A stretch of 62,323 nt of DNA, counting the filler. It is 7 parts of 7 records of this genome, joined end to end, with 100 filler letters (N's around TTAATTAATTAA, not from the genome) between each part and the next. Parts side by side here need not be neighbours in the genome. Positions count along the whole stretch, not along the records: positions 1 to 11,964 come from SRR31156797_33303; positions 12,065 to 18,207 come from SRR31156797_33338; 5 more parts are not named here. One strand, 5' to 3'. The notes beneath the pieces are model-generated. The model ran no database searches and was not told the DNA's origin. It saw nothing but the letters and a program-made list of their open reading frames with translations. Below, piece by piece: positions 1 to 12,731 of this stretch. Position numbers and translations under genes: made by a program. The stretch's first letter is position 1. Each line of letters starts with the position of its first letter.

Positions 1-36
1 AGCTGCTTCCTGACATTGATAACAAAACATGCTCAT
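1..36 (-). CDS. hcp: Hydroxylamine reductase / hybrid cluster protein, 5' end only (runs off window start)
   Basis: Reverse complement of 1-36 reads MSMFCYQCQEAA, the characteristic MFCxQCQE N-terminus of Hcp. Not in the ORF track. Confidence 0.85.
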   Translation of the reverse strand, partial: MSMFCYQCQEAA

Positions 37-154
37 AATATTATATTTTAGTGTTATTGATATTTGATTATTCAAGTTACAAAAATCAAAGGAGCTTCTT
101 GTAATATTCTCTCCCTTTGACACCACAAATATGCGACAAGAGAATTCCAAAAAG

Positions 155-170
155 TGTAACGGATGTTACA
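155..170. promoter_or_regulatory. Perfect palindrome TGTAAC-N4-GTTACA, candidate Crp/Fnr-family (HcpR-like) operator
   Basis: TGTAAC ggat GTTACA about 120 bp upstream of the hcp start. hcp genes are typically controlled by HcpR-type regulators at TGT-N10-ACA palindromes. Confidence 0.65.
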
Positions 171-228
171 AAGCTCATCTTTTTTCAGATTTTTTTATCT
201 TTTTTTCTTTTTTAATCATTTTACCATT

Positions 229-258
229 AAAAAATCCCAATCATTAATGATTGGGATT
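229..258 (-). terminator. Intrinsic terminator downstream of the 279-641 gene
   Basis: Perfect inverted repeat AATCCCAATCATT/AATGATTGGGATT next to an A-run (U-tract on the minus strand). Confidence 0.7.
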
Positions 259-278
259 GATATATATTACTATAAACA

Positions 279-641
279 TTAAAGTCGTTTAAATAATTTC
301 TTGAGTTTTTCTTTCAACTCACATTTGTTCTCATTATAACTAGTCAACTGCTGAGTCGTAAGAATTTCCTTAAAATTATTTTCCTTTTGCAATAAACTAT
401 CTCTTACTGCTTGCATACAAATAAAACCATCTTTTTCAGAAGTTAATCTTTCAATTTCTTTCTCACATTCCAAATTCAATATTTTCACCTTAGATATTTG
501 CTCAGAATTCAGTTCGAGTTTTTTCTCCATCCAATCTGTAATAAGATCAGCTCTTTTTTCGGCCGCAGAAAAACTCTTAGCACTAAGTGTAGAACTTATA
601 AATATAAATAGTAGAATCAAACTTCCTTGTACAATCTTCAT
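279..641 (-). CDS. Hypothetical secreted helical protein (DUF4890-like)
   Basis: ORF track gives 279-710. The internal start MKIVQGSLILLFIFISSTLSA gives a signal peptide. Helical repeats such as LELNSEQISKV and ILTTQQL follow. Confidence 0.55.
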   Translation of the reverse strand: MKIVQGSLILLFIFISSTLSAKSFSAAEKRADLITDWMEKKLELNSEQISKVKILNLECEKEIERLTSEKDGFICMQAVRDSLLQKENNFKEILTTQQLTSYNENKCELKEKLKKLFKRL

Positions 642-961
642 ATCCTCTCTTTTAATTCTTACTCTAATAACACTCTTTAAAAACGTGTGTTTCTCAAAAA
701 TGTTTTCCAAATCGATAGAAAATTATAAAATATAAACGAGAACAACAAATACACCCTCAGCACAACACACTGTTTTTCAGGATATTTTTCCCTATTCAAA
801 ACAGAACTAAATTATAAAGATCTGCATGCAATTATTTGAAAAATATTTAATAATTTGGGCTTCCTTTTCTATCGGTTCTGTTGCAATTATTTAATTGCCA
901 GATAAGAGATAGTAAATCTCAAAAATCATTCGTGAAGTTGAACATGTAAAATAGCTAGATA

Positions 962-1555
962 ATGAAATCGATAGAAATATACAGCAAAACAAAAGCATTA
1001 ATTTTTGATTTGGATGGAACTTTGGCAGATACAATGCCTATTCATTTTCAATCGTGGGAAAAAACTGCTAAAATAATGGGAGTGGATTACAGTAATGAAT
1101 TCTTACTTAGTTGTGCAGGGATGCCATCCGCAAAAATTATTAATTTGCTTAACGAAAAGAACAACCATTCTATTGATCCGCAAGAATTCTCCACTATTAA
1201 AGAAGAATTTTTTGCAAAGGATATGCATAAAATAACCAAAATTAAGGCGGTATGCGATCTTGTATACAAATACCATAACATCTTGCCAATGGCGGTAGGT
1301 ACCGGTGGAAAAAGAAACATAGCAGCAGAAACAATGAGGCTTTTAGGATTGGATAAATACATTCCTATTCTTGTGAGTGCTGATGATGTGGAAAAACACA
1401 AACCAGAACCTGAAACATTTTTAAAATGTGCTAGCCTAATGGGAATTGCTCCTGAAAACTGTCAGGTTTTTGAAGATGCTGTATTGGGTATACAAGCTGC
1501 AAAATCAGCCGGAATGATGGTTACTGATGTCACTCCTTTTTACCTAAATCAATAA
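962..1555 (+). CDS. HAD-superfamily phosphatase (YqaB/beta-PGM family)
   Basis: Motifs FDLDGTLADT, KPEPETFL and FEDAVLGIQAA. Confidence 0.9.
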   Translation: MKSIEIYSKTKALIFDLDGTLADTMPIHFQSWEKTAKIMGVDYSNEFLLSCAGMPSAKIINLLNEKNNHSIDPQEFSTIKEEFFAKDMHKITKIKAVCDLVYKYHNILPMAVGTGGKRNIAAETMRLLGLDKYIPILVSADDVEKHKPEPETFLKCASLMGIAPENCQVFEDAVLGIQAAKSAGMMVTDVTPFYLNQ

Positions 1556-1564
1556 TACCATATC

Positions 1565-2578
1565 ATGTTAAAAAAATTACTTTTCATTATTCCAGTAGCA
1601 TTACTACTATACTCATGTAAGGTTGAAAAGAAAGAGTACACGGTTGCCTTTTACAATGTAGAAAACCTATTTGATACAATTAATGATCCAATTAAATGGG
1701 ATGATGATTTTACTCCTGAAGGGAAATTAAAGTTTGATTCGAAAAGATATCTAAGCAAACTAAAAAAACTATCGAATGTACTTTCTGCTATCGATACGGT
1801 ACAATTACCTGCTATTATTGGTTTGTGCGAAGTAGAAAACAGAACAGTTCTAGAAGATTTAAGACAACAAAAAGGATTAATAGCTGGCGATTATGGTATT
1901 GCTCACACCGAAAGTCCTGATAAAAGAGGTATTGATTGTGCCCTTTTGTATAAAAAAGATGATTTCACCTATCTAAATCACAATGTTATAGATATTGAAT
2001 TTCCATGGGAACCTGCGTATGAAACCAGAGACATTTTGCATGTGAAAGGAATGATAGAAAAAGACACATTGCATATTTTTGTAAATCATTGGCCATCGAG
2101 AAGAGGTGGACAAGAAAAATCTGAAAAGAACAGAGTTTTTGTTGCTCAACAATTAAAAAAGGCAGTAGAGAAAATTCAAAGTAAAAATGAAAATGCGAAA
2201 ATCATTATCATGGGTGATTTTAACGATGAACCAAATAATGTTTCCGTAACTGAAAGTTTGGTTGCTACAAACAACAAAAATGCAGATAAAGCAAGTGATT
2301 TGTACAATTTAATGTATGATTTAAAGGCTAATGGAAAAGGCACATACAATTACCGAGGCAACTGGAACATGCTTGATCATTTGATTGTTTCCAATGCACT
2401 GATTAATTCAGAAAAAGGTCTTCGTACTAACTATGATGCAGGACAAATTTTTACTGAAGAATGGATTTGCTACAAAAATAAAGATGGAGTTTATCTGCCA
2501 AGCAGAACTTTTGCAGGTCCTAAATACTACGGAGGATACAGCGATCACTTTCCAGTATATTTCAAATTAAAAAATTAA
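1565..2578 (+). CDS. Endonuclease/exonuclease/phosphatase-family lipoprotein
   Basis: Lipobox LLYSC; motifs FYNVENLFD, GLCEVEN, VNHWPSR, MGDFND and YSDHFPV. Confidence 0.85.
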   Translation: MLKKLLFIIPVALLLYSCKVEKKEYTVAFYNVENLFDTINDPIKWDDDFTPEGKLKFDSKRYLSKLKKLSNVLSAIDTVQLPAIIGLCEVENRTVLEDLRQQKGLIAGDYGIAHTESPDKRGIDCALLYKKDDFTYLNHNVIDIEFPWEPAYETRDILHVKGMIEKDTLHIFVNHWPSRRGGQEKSEKNRVFVAQQLKKAVEKIQSKNENAKIIIMGDFNDEPNNVSVTESLVATNNKNADKASDLYNLMYDLKANGKGTYNYRGNWNMLDHLIVSNALINSEKGLRTNYDAGQIFTEEWICYKNKDGVYLPSRTFAGPKYYGGYSDHFPVYFKLKN

Positions 2579-2599
2579 AATTCTATTAAAATATTTAGG

Positions 2600-2629
2600 A
2601 TGCCGATTGTAACATACAATCGGCATTTT
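2600..2629 (+). terminator. Intrinsic terminator
   Basis: ATGCCGATTGTA-aca-TACAATCGGCAT followed by T residues, just after the stop at 2578. Confidence 0.65.
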
Positions 2630-2705
2630 ATTGGGAAAACATTCCATGGTTCGCATTGTTTCTCTATTTTAGCAATTCAGAATAGAAACGATTGAAAAGT
2701 GTTGC

Positions 2706-4715
<2,010 letters not shown>

Positions 4716-4728
4716 AATTTGAGGCAAT

Positions 4729-4757
4729 AAAAAAGCAGTTTCTTTCGAAACTGCTTC
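4729..4757. terminator. Terminator hairpin between convergent uvrB and sigma genes
   Basis: AAGCAGTTTC-tttc-GAAACTGCTT with an A-run on the left. Confidence 0.7.
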
Positions 4758-4776
4758 AGTTATCTCTAGGGATCTG

Positions 4777-5637
4777 TTATCCCAAATATGATTTCAACAA
4801 CTTGCTTCTGGAAGTGTGACGTAAACGACGAATCGCTTTTTCTTTAATCTGACGCACACGCTCGCGAGTCAAACCAAATTTTTCGCCAATTTCTTCCAAG
4901 GTCATTTCTTGAATTCCAATTCCAAAGAAAAGTTTTATTATATCGCTTTCTCTCTCTGTAAGAGTAGCTAAAGCTCTATCAATTTCTCTGGTTAATGATT
5001 CATTCAAGAGACTTCTGTCGGCGATTGGAGAATCATCATTCACCAAAACATCCAACAAACTGTTATCCTCTCCGTCAACAAACGGAGCATCAACAGAAAT
5101 GTGACGACCAGAAACACGTAGAGTATCTGCAACTTTATCTGCAGGTAATTCTAGGGAATCGGCTAATTCTTCAGGAGACGGCTTTCTTTCATGTTCTTGC
5201 TCGAATTTCGAAAATGCTTTGTTGATTTTATTCAACGAACCAACCTGGTTCAATGGTAATCGTACAATTCGAGACTGCTCTGCCAAAGCCTGAAGGATAG
5301 ACTGACGAATCCACCATACAGCATAAGAAATGAATTTGAAACCACGAGTTTCATCAAATTTTTCTGCGGCTTTAATCAAACCCAAGTTACCTTCATTGAT
5401 CAAGTCAGGAAGACTCAAACCTTGGTTTTGATACTGCTTAGCTACAGAAACAACGAAACGCAAATTCGCTCTGGTTAATTTCTCCAAAGCTCTTTGATCG
5501 CCTTTCTTGATACGCTGCGCCAATTCAACTTCTTCCTCTACTGTAATAAGATCTTCTTTACCAATCTCTTGCAAGTACTTGTCCAAAGACGCACTCTCAC
5601 GATTGGTAATTGATTTAGTTATCTTTAATTGTCTCAT
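4777..5637 (-). CDS. rpoD: Primary RNA polymerase sigma-70 factor, short Bacteroidota type lacking region 1.1
   Basis: [15 protein letters not shown] start; [34 protein letters not shown] and LTRERVRQI. Confidence 0.93.
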   Translation of the reverse strand: MRQLKITKSITNRESASLDKYLQEIGKEDLITVEEEVELAQRIKKGDQRALEKLTRANLRFVVSVAKQYQNQGLSLPDLINEGNLGLIKAAEKFDETRGFKFISYAVWWIRQSILQALAEQSRIVRLPLNQVGSLNKINKAFSKFEQEHERKPSPEELADSLELPADKVADTLRVSGRHISVDAPFVDGEDNSLLDVLVNDDSPIADRSLLNESLTREIDRALATLTERESDIIKLFFGIGIQEMTLEEIGEKFGLTRERVRQIKEKAIRRLRHTSRSKLLKSYLG

Positions 5638-5745
5638 AGTCCCTTTTCAATCGAAAATATGCCGCAAAATTAAACTTTTTAATAAAAAAAGTCAAAATTA
5701 ATTGTCATTTTATTCAAATATTTATATTTTTCTCGTTTGATACTA

Positions 5746-7200
5746 TCATTTTTCATCCTTTAAAGAGAAAGCATAATACTTAACGCTACCATTAGGGTAA
5801 ATTCCGGAAATAAAAATACCGCCATCCTTTACATCTTCAATTGCCTCTTTAATATCATTAACTTTATAAATAGGAGTATTATTGATTTTATAAATAATAA
5901 ATCCTTCTTTTATGTTTTCTTCCTTTAACTTCCCACTTCGCAGATTCTTCACCTTAACTCCTCTGTTTATTTGAAGTCGATACTTCTCTTTTGATGTTAT
6001 AGGTTCGAAATCGGCTCCCAGAAAAGCTAAATCACTTGGTTTAATGACCTTTGTATTTCCTAACCTATTACGTAAGACTACATTAAATTGTTTCTTTTTC
6101 TCACCTCTTTTTATTAATACTTCAATTTCATCACCCGGACGGTACTTGCTAACCTGCTCCTGAAGCTCAGCACTTGAGTTAACATTTTTCCCATTTATAG
6201 ACAATATTACGTCTCCTTGCTTAATACCAGTTTCTTTGGCCGCACTTTCTTCAGTTAATCCAGATATATAAACTCCTTCTATTTTCTCAATTTTAAATCT
6301 TTCAGCCAATCTAGCATCAACAGTTTGAATAGATACACCTAGTACTGCGCGCTGCACCTGACCAAATTCTTTTAAATCTGCAATTACTTTTTCTACAATA
6401 GCAACTGGAATTGCAAAGGAATAACCAGAGTAAGATCCAGTTCTCGATTCTATTGCCGTATTAATTCCTACTAGTCTTCCTTGCACATCAACCAAAGCTC
6501 CTCCACTATTGCCTGGATTCACTGCCGCATCAGTCTGCAAAAAAGATTCAATACTCATTCTATTGTTCATTATTCCAAGATTTCGCGCCTTCGCGCTAAT
6601 AATCCCCGCTGTAACTGTCGAAGTTAGATTAAATGGATTTCCAACCGCCAATACCCATTCTCCGAGTTTAAGATTATCAGAATTGCCAAATTCCATTTTC
6701 GGTAATTCCTCTTCCTCGACTTTAATTAAAGCCAAATCAGTATATGGATCCTGTCCTATCAATTTTGCGTCGTATGATCTCTTATCCTGGAGTACAACGG
6801 TAATCACATTTGATCCACGAACAACATGATTATTTGTTACAATATATCCATCATCGGAAATAATAACACCAGACCCTGATCCCATTGAAGGCTGAGATTG
6901 AGCTCCTCTTTTGCTATTTCCGAATAAAAAATCGTAAAACGGATTCGATTGATATTCTTCGTTGGTATATATTGTTGTTATATGAACAACCGATTTTACT
7001 GATGATTCTGCAGCTACCGTTAAATCAATAGAACCAGTTGCGTTTTTAGAAATTCCTGCCAACTGTATGATACGTGGTTCTGTAACTGTTACGATCTTCT
7101 CATTTCTATCCACAAAAAGAATAAACAAAATAATAGCAATTCCACCACCAAATAGAGCAGTTAAAAATCTTCCAAAAAATGCTTTAATCTTCATTTGCAA
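5746..7200 (-). CDS. Do/DegP/DegQ-family serine protease with PDZ domains
   Basis: GSGSGVI, TNNHVV, DLAL and catalytic NPGNSGG; N-terminal TM segment; two PDZ-like regions. Confidence 0.93.
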   Translation of the reverse strand: MQMKIKAFFGRFLTALFGGGIAIILFILFVDRNEKIVTVTEPRIIQLAGISKNATGSIDLTVAAESSVKSVVHITTIYTNEEYQSNPFYDFLFGNSKRGAQSQPSMGSGSGVIISDDGYIVTNNHVVRGSNVITVVLQDKRSYDAKLIGQDPYTDLALIKVEEEELPKMEFGNSDNLKLGEWVLAVGNPFNLTSTVTAGIISAKARNLGIMNNRMSIESFLQTDAAVNPGNSGGALVDVQGRLVGINTAIESRTGSYSGYSFAIPVAIVEKVIADLKEFGQVQRAVLGVSIQTVDARLAERFKIEKIEGVYISGLTEESAAKETGIKQGDVILSINGKNVNSSAELQEQVSKYRPGDEIEVLIKRGEKKKQFNVVLRNRLGNTKVIKPSDLAFLGADFEPITSKEKYRLQINRGVKVKNLRSGKLKEENIKEGFIIYKINNTPIYKVNDIKEAIEDVKDGGIFISGIYPNGSVKYYAFSLKDEK

Positions 7201-7479
7201 TACTATTTTTAAATGTCAACAACTAAGAATTAACCTCACTTGAACAAAACATTACATTTAGAACATAAAAAGTTACAAAAACAAACTCATTTAATCAACA
7301 ATAATTTAGAGTGAAACTAAACTGATTTAGTTCCCATCAAATTCTTAAACTTTTCAAGTACTCCAAATAAGGTTATCCCAATAAGATTCTTACTTTTATA
7401 CTACAATTGTAACGATATAAGTTCATAAGTGTTTTTCATTTTAACGTATTTAACACTTCTTAACACGATTTTAGACAAA

Positions 7480-8265
7480 ATGCAGATTGAATTCTCTAAA
7501 TACCAAGGTACCGGAAACGACTTTGTACTAATAGATAACCGCAATGGTATTATTTCACCCGACAATATTAAATTAATTGAACAATTATGCCATAGAAGAT
7601 TTGGTATTGGTGCAGATGGATTAATGCTATTAGAAGATGCAAAAGGTTATGATTTTAGAATGAGATATTTCAATTCAGATGGTAAAGAAGCCAGCATGTG
7701 TGGAAATGGTGGAAGATGCATTGTTGCTTTTGCCTATCATTTAGATATTATCAAAAATGAAACAACATTTATTGCTGTAGATGGCGAACATGAAGCGAAA
7801 GTTGAAGATAATAATAACTTTGTTCAGATAAGCTTAAAAATGATAAATGTTTCCGGAATTGAAAAAATTGGTGATTCATTTTTCATGAATACAGGATCAC
7901 CACATTTTGTACAGTTTATTCAAAATCATGATGATTTTGATACCTATTCAAATGGAAAAGCTATAAGATATAACGATAGGTTCGCTACAGATGGAACTAA
8001 TGTAAATTTTGTTTCCTTTAAAAACAACGAAATTCAAGTTAGTACTTATGAGCGTGGGGTTGAAGATGAAACTTATTCTTGTGGAACTGGGGTTGTTGCT
8101 TCTGCTATTAGTGCCGGTGCAATAAAAAACTCGACCTGTTTTGAAGTTAACACAAAAGGGGGAAAACTTGCAGTGCATTTTAATAAAGTAGATTCACAAA
8201 ACATTAATGATATTTGGTTAATTGGTCCTGCTACAAAAGTTTTTTCTGGCAGTTTAAATATTTAA
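7480..8265 (+). CDS. dapF: Diaminopimelate epimerase
   Basis: KYQGTGNDF, GADG, MCGNGGRC, NTGSPH and YERGVEDETYSCGTG. Start moved to ATG at 7480. Confidence 0.95.
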   Translation: MQIEFSKYQGTGNDFVLIDNRNGIISPDNIKLIEQLCHRRFGIGADGLMLLEDAKGYDFRMRYFNSDGKEASMCGNGGRCIVAFAYHLDIIKNETTFIAVDGEHEAKVEDNNNFVQISLKMINVSGIEKIGDSFFMNTGSPHFVQFIQNHDDFDTYSNGKAIRYNDRFATDGTNVNFVSFKNNEIQVSTYERGVEDETYSCGTGVVASAISAGAIKNSTCFEVNTKGGKLAVHFNKVDSQNINDIWLIGPATKVFSGSLNI

Positions 8266-8281
8266 AATAGATCACTTTTTT

Positions 8282-11092
8282 ATGAAGTTTATTCTCTCTA
8301 AAATTTTCGAAGACAAGAGTATTTCTAAAGTATTTTTGATTTCCCTTCTTTCCATTTCACTTTCACTAATTCTTATAATAGGAATTTTTACCATACAACA
8401 GGAAAGGCAACAATTTGAAAGAGAAACTATTCGTATTCATGATGATTTCTTGAAAAATCAAAAAAAAACACTTCAACAAGAAACTCAAATACTCATTAAT
8501 TTTATTGAAAATGAAAGGCTTCAAACCAGAAAACTATTAAAAAAAGACATTAATAATCGTGTACAAGAAGCGCATGCAATTGCAACAAGTCTCTACAACA
8601 ATTACAAAAATAAACTTTCTACAACAGAGCTTAAAAAACTTATCTCAAACTCACTTGAATCGGTTCGCTTTAATGAAGGCAAAGGGTTCTTCTACATCAA
8701 TAGTTTGGAAGGAACTGTAATTATGGATCCGGAAAATCCCAATTGGATTAACAAAAGTAAACTTTCAATAAAAGATGTATTCGGTAATCCCATTATCCAA
8801 AATGAAATAGAAACGGCAAAAACTCAAGGTGAAGGCTATACTGATTACTCTTGGCAGAATGAAAATAGTCAGAAAATTCATCCTAAAATTTCTTTCGTGA
8901 AATTATTTAAACCTTTTAACTGGTATATAGGATGCACACAATATGTTGAAAGTTATAAACAAGCAATACAAAAGAATATTCTTACTCGAATTACGAAACT
9001 TAAGTTCGACAAAAACTTTACAATTTCCGTTCTAAGTTTTGATGGAACTTGTTTGGCTCATACTAATCAAGAATTAATTGGTAAAAACCTTTGGAACCTA
9101 GAAAATGGAAATAAAAATAAAGCAATACAAGAATTTATTTCGAGGGGAACAGATGAAAATGGAGGTTTTATAGAATATCTTGATCCTTTTGCAGAAAAAG
9201 ACGATACAGCACTACCCTCAATAATTCATACAAAAGCATATAAAGATTGGCAATGGGTTATTGGAACAGGTATTCATTTAGAAAAGCTAAACATTGCCAT
9301 TGATGAAAGAAAAAAAGAATTACAATCCAATGTTAACGGATTTATTATCAGAGGTAGTTTAATTTTTCTTTTGAGTATCGTATTCATTATTATTTTCACT
9401 CGATTTGTAATCAGAATAAGTAATTCAGGCATAAAAATATTCAATAAATTTTATAAAAATGCTGCTACTCAATCTCTTTTAATAGATACCACTGCCCTTC
9501 ACTTTAAAGAATTTAAGCAGTTAGGAAATCTGGCAAATCAAATGATTCTTGACAGGCAAAACATAGAACACCAATTGAATATAGAAACGGCTTATTTTGA
9601 ACAATTATTTGAAAATTCACCAGAAGCCATTGCCATTACAAATAGAGAAAGTAAAGGAATCAAAATCAATAAAAAATTTACTGAACTTTTTGGGTATACT
9701 CTAGAGGATATAAAAGGAGTTGTTCTCGACGATTTAATTACGGATGACTCCAGACAAGGCGAAGCCAACGAATTAAACGCACTTACTGCAACAGGACAGC
9801 TTGTTGAGATTGATACCAAAAGAAAATGCAAAGATGGTAAAATGGTTGACGTTTCAATCATGGGAAATCCAATTGTAATTGATGAAGAACCAATTGCCAT
9901 TTTCGGAATTTACCGTGATATCACACAACGTAAAGATTATGAAAAACATTTAAAAGAAGCCAAGCAAAAAGCCGAGGAATCGGATCTGTTAAAATCTGCA
10001 TTTTTAGCAAATATGTCTCATGAAATCAGAACTCCAATGAACCATATTATTGGCTTCACTGACATCATGACATCTCACCAAATAGAAGAAAGTGACCGAC
10101 AAGAATATGCTGAATTAATTAAGCAAAGTGGAAATAATCTTCTCCATTTAATAAACAGCATTATTGATTTGTCCAAAATTGAATCAAAACAAATCAAACT
10201 TCAACCTGAAGATGCTAGTTTAAACGGTATCTTATCGGTTCTTTATGAAAAGTTCTATACTTATAAAAATGAGAGAAGTAAAGCCAATTTAACTTTGAAA
10301 ATTCAAAAAGCTTTAAGCGATAAAGATTCGGTAATATATACCGATGCCAGACGCCTGGAGCAACTCTTATCAAATTTAATAGAAAATGCCATTAAGTTTA
10401 CCAATGAAGGTAGTGTAGAGTTTGGATATCATCTTAATAATTGTGCTAACTCTATTGAGATTTACGTAAAAGATACTGGCATAGGCATACCCAAACAATC
10501 CTTAGAAAATATTTTTCAATCCTTCAGACAGATAGACGGATCGGACACCAGACAATATGGAGGAACTGGACTTGGCTTGACAATATCTCATCGATTAGCA
10601 GAATTACTGGGCGGTAAAATTAGAGTTGAATCCAAAGAAAATAAAGGAACCTGTTTCTATATCACACTCCCATACAAAACCAACAGTAACCAGTCTGATT
10701 TAAACAGACAAATTAATTACAACTGGTTTGGAAAAAAAATATTAATAGTAGATGACATTAAAAATAATTTCACCTATTTCAAATCAAGCCTTGAAGGAAC
10801 AAATGCTGAAATTATATGGGCAAAAAATGGAGCCGAAGCTGTATCTATATGTGAATCAAAAAATGTTGATGTCATTCTTATGGACATGCAAATGCCAGTA
10901 ATGAACGGCTATGAAGCAACAAAAAAGATTAAAACTAGAGATGCTTCCATTCCTATAATTGGACAAACAGCATTTATTCAGCAAGAAGATAAGAAAAAAG
11001 TAATTGCTGCTGGTTGCGATGATTACATCACCAAACCTATTAAATCAAAAGTATTACTAGATTCAATTAGCAAACAGATCTCTGTTAATTAG
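8282..11092 (+). CDS. Hybrid sensor histidine kinase (Cache domains, PAS, HisKA, HATPase, REC)
   Basis: Two TM segments flank Cache-like repeats (FKPFNWYIG, DWQWVIGTG); PAS (IYRDITQRK); FLANMSHEIRTPMN; GGTGLGL; REC domain (LMDMQMPVMNG, YITKP). Confidence 0.9.
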   Translation: MKFILSKIFEDKSISKVFLISLLSISLSLILIIGIFTIQQERQQFERETIRIHDDFLKNQKKTLQQETQILINFIENERLQTRKLLKKDINNRVQEAHAIATSLYNNYKNKLSTTELKKLISNSLESVRFNEGKGFFYINSLEGTVIMDPENPNWINKSKLSIKDVFGNPIIQNEIETAKTQGEGYTDYSWQNENSQKIHPKISFVKLFKPFNWYIGCTQYVESYKQAIQKNILTRITKLKFDKNFTISVLSFDGTCLAHTNQELIGKNLWNLENGNKNKAIQEFISRGTDENGGFIEYLDPFAEKDDTALPSIIHTKAYKDWQWVIGTGIHLEKLNIAIDERKKELQSNVNGFIIRGSLIFLLSIVFIIIFTRFVIRISNSGIKIFNKFYKNAATQSLLIDTTALHFKEFKQLGNLANQMILDRQNIEHQLNIETAYFEQLFENSPEAIAITNRESKGIKINKKFTELFGYTLEDIKGVVLDDLITDDSRQGEANELNALTATGQLVEIDTKRKCKDGKMVDVSIMGNPIVIDEEPIAIFGIYRDITQRKDYEKHLKEAKQKAEESDLLKSAFLANMSHEIRTPMNHIIGFTDIMTSHQIEESDRQEYAELIKQSGNNLLHLINSIIDLSKIESKQIKLQPEDASLNGILSVLYEKFYTYKNERSKANLTLKIQKALSDKDSVIYTDARRLEQLLSNLIENAIKFTNEGSVEFGYHLNNCANSIEIYVKDTGIGIPKQSLENIFQSFRQIDGSDTRQYGGTGLGLTISHRLAELLGGKIRVESKENKGTCFYITLPYKTNSNQSDLNRQINYNWFGKKILIVDDIKNNFTYFKSSLEGTNAEIIWAKNGAEAVSICESKNVDVILMDMQMPVMNGYEATKKIKTRDASIPIIGQTAFIQQEDKKKVIAAGCDDYITKPIKSKVLLDSISKQISVN

Positions 11093-11655
11093 TCCCATTT
11101 AGTACCTCTTTTTTCCTGGGTATAATTTTCGATATATTCTAATGCTTGTTTGTAATCAGGAGCAAAAATGAACATTTCGCTATATTCTGGCTTAGCAAAC
11201 TTTTCGGTATAAGATGTTTCAAATTGTGCATTTAAATTATCGTAAAATCCGTTGGTATTTATAAAAACTATTGGAGCATTATGATATCCCAACTGCTTTA
11301 ACGTAATGACCTCTAAAATCTCTTCCAAGGTACCAAATCCTCCTGGCAAGGCAACAAACGCATCCGATCTGTCGCGCAAAACTTTCTTCCTCTCTGCCAT
11401 ATCAGGAGTAACAATTAATTCATCCAAATAGTTAGCCGAAATTCCATAATCACTAATTAATTTAGGAATTACACCTAGCACTTTACCACCAGAAGATTTC
11501 ACAGAACAAGCTACCTCATTCATTAAACCAACATTCGTACCTCCATAAACCAAACTATGACCATTAACTCCCATTTGAGATCCCATTTTTTTTGCCTCTT
11601 CAAAATAAATCGAATCAAGAGAATTACTTGAGGAACAAAACACACAGATATTCAT
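11089..11655 (-). CDS. LOG-family nucleotide phosphoribohydrolase
   Basis: ICVFCSSS, LVYGG, MAERK and PGGFGTLEE. Confidence 0.9.
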   Translation of the reverse strand: MNICVFCSSSNSLDSIYFEEAKKMGSQMGVNGHSLVYGGTNVGLMNEVACSVKSSGGKVLGVIPKLISDYGISANYLDELIVTPDMAERKKVLRDRSDAFVALPGGFGTLEEILEVITLKQLGYHNAPIVFINTNGFYDNLNAQFETSYTEKFAKPEYSEMFIFAPDYKQALEYIENYTQEKRGTKWD

Positions 11656-11708
11656 ATTCTCACCTTTTAAATTGAATTACGAATTAACCAATAATTATTT
11701 TAGCGCAC

Positions 11709-11736
11709 AAAAAAGCCCTTGAGAAAACTCAAGGGC
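11709..11736 (-). terminator. Intrinsic terminator after gyrB
   Basis: GCCCTTGAG-aaaa-CTCAAGGGC with A6 on the left (U-tract on the minus strand). Confidence 0.8.
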
Positions 11737-11758
11737 CTTGTAAATATTTAATCACAGC

Positions 11759-11964
11759 TTATGCGTCAATATTAGCATAAGTTGCATTTTTCTCGATAAA
11801 TTCTCTACGTGGAGGAACTTCATCTCCCATTAACATTGAAAATACATGATCTGCTTCAGCTGCATTCTCAATTGTTACCTGACGTAGTGTTCTAACTTCA
11901 GGATTCATAGTAGTTTCCCATAATTGCTCTGCACTCATCTCTCCAAGACCTTTGTAACGCTGAA
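11759..11964 (-). CDS. gyrB: DNA gyrase subunit B, 3' end (truncated by contig end)
   Basis: Minus-strand translation [29 protein letters not shown]...[24 protein letters not shown]. Not in the ORF track. Confidence 0.95.
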
Positions 11965-12064
11965 NNNNNNNNNNNNNNNNNNNNNNNNNNNNNNNNNNNN
12001 NNNNNNNNTTAATTAATTAANNNNNNNNNNNNNNNNNNNNNNNNNNNNNNNNNNNNNNNNNNNN
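11965..12064. other. Artificial contig spacer
   Basis: N44-TTAATTAATTAA-N44 (stops in all frames); genes are truncated on both sides. Confidence 0.97.
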
Positions 12065-12592
12065 CTGATCGATAATAATTTGTTTTAATTCATCCAGATT
12101 ATTATCGTTTAATGCCTGTGCAAAACGGGTATGAAGTTCTTTGTATTTTTTCAGATTGGCTAAAACTCTTGGATTGGTTTCACGGAATTGTTTCTCATCA
12201 AAAGAATCGCCAAAACGTTTTTTTGCTTTTGTAATTTCTTTATCGATTTTTGCTTCGATTTTTGCCAGTTGTTCTTCAATTAAAACATCGGCGCGGTATC
12301 TTTTTTTGGAATCTTTATTATCGATAAGCGGGTCGTTAAAGGCATCGACATGGCCCGAAGCTTTCCAAATGGTAGGATGCATAAATATTGCTGAATCAAG
12401 TCCAACAACATTTTCATGAAGTAAAACCATGCTGTCCCACCAGTATTTTTTGATGTTGTTCTTTAACTCAACGCCATATTGTCCATAATCGTAAACTGCT
12501 CCTAATCCATCGTAGATTTCACTCGATTGAAAAACATAACCATACTCTTTGCAGTGCGCAACTAATTTTTTAAAAAGATCTTCTTGTGCCAT
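12065..12592 (-). CDS. glyQS: Glycine--tRNA ligase (alpha2 type), 5' part
   Basis: MAQEDLFKKLV, SSEIYDG, YDYGQYGVELKNNIK, WKASGHVDAFNDP and RYRAD. Confidence 0.93.
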
Positions 12593-12731
12593 TATTTTTT
12601 TCGATTCAGAATTGAACGACAAAAATAGTATATAATTGATTGCTGCGAAAAAAAAGCACAATTTTTAAATGAATATAAACATTGGTTAAATTCATTTTTG
12701 TATTTTTCGATGCGTATTTGAAAGGTATAAA

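Noticed and set aside
12009-12020. TTAATTAATTAA as a biological repeat (six copies)
   Set aside because: Always centred in N-runs; it is an assembly or concatenation linker.
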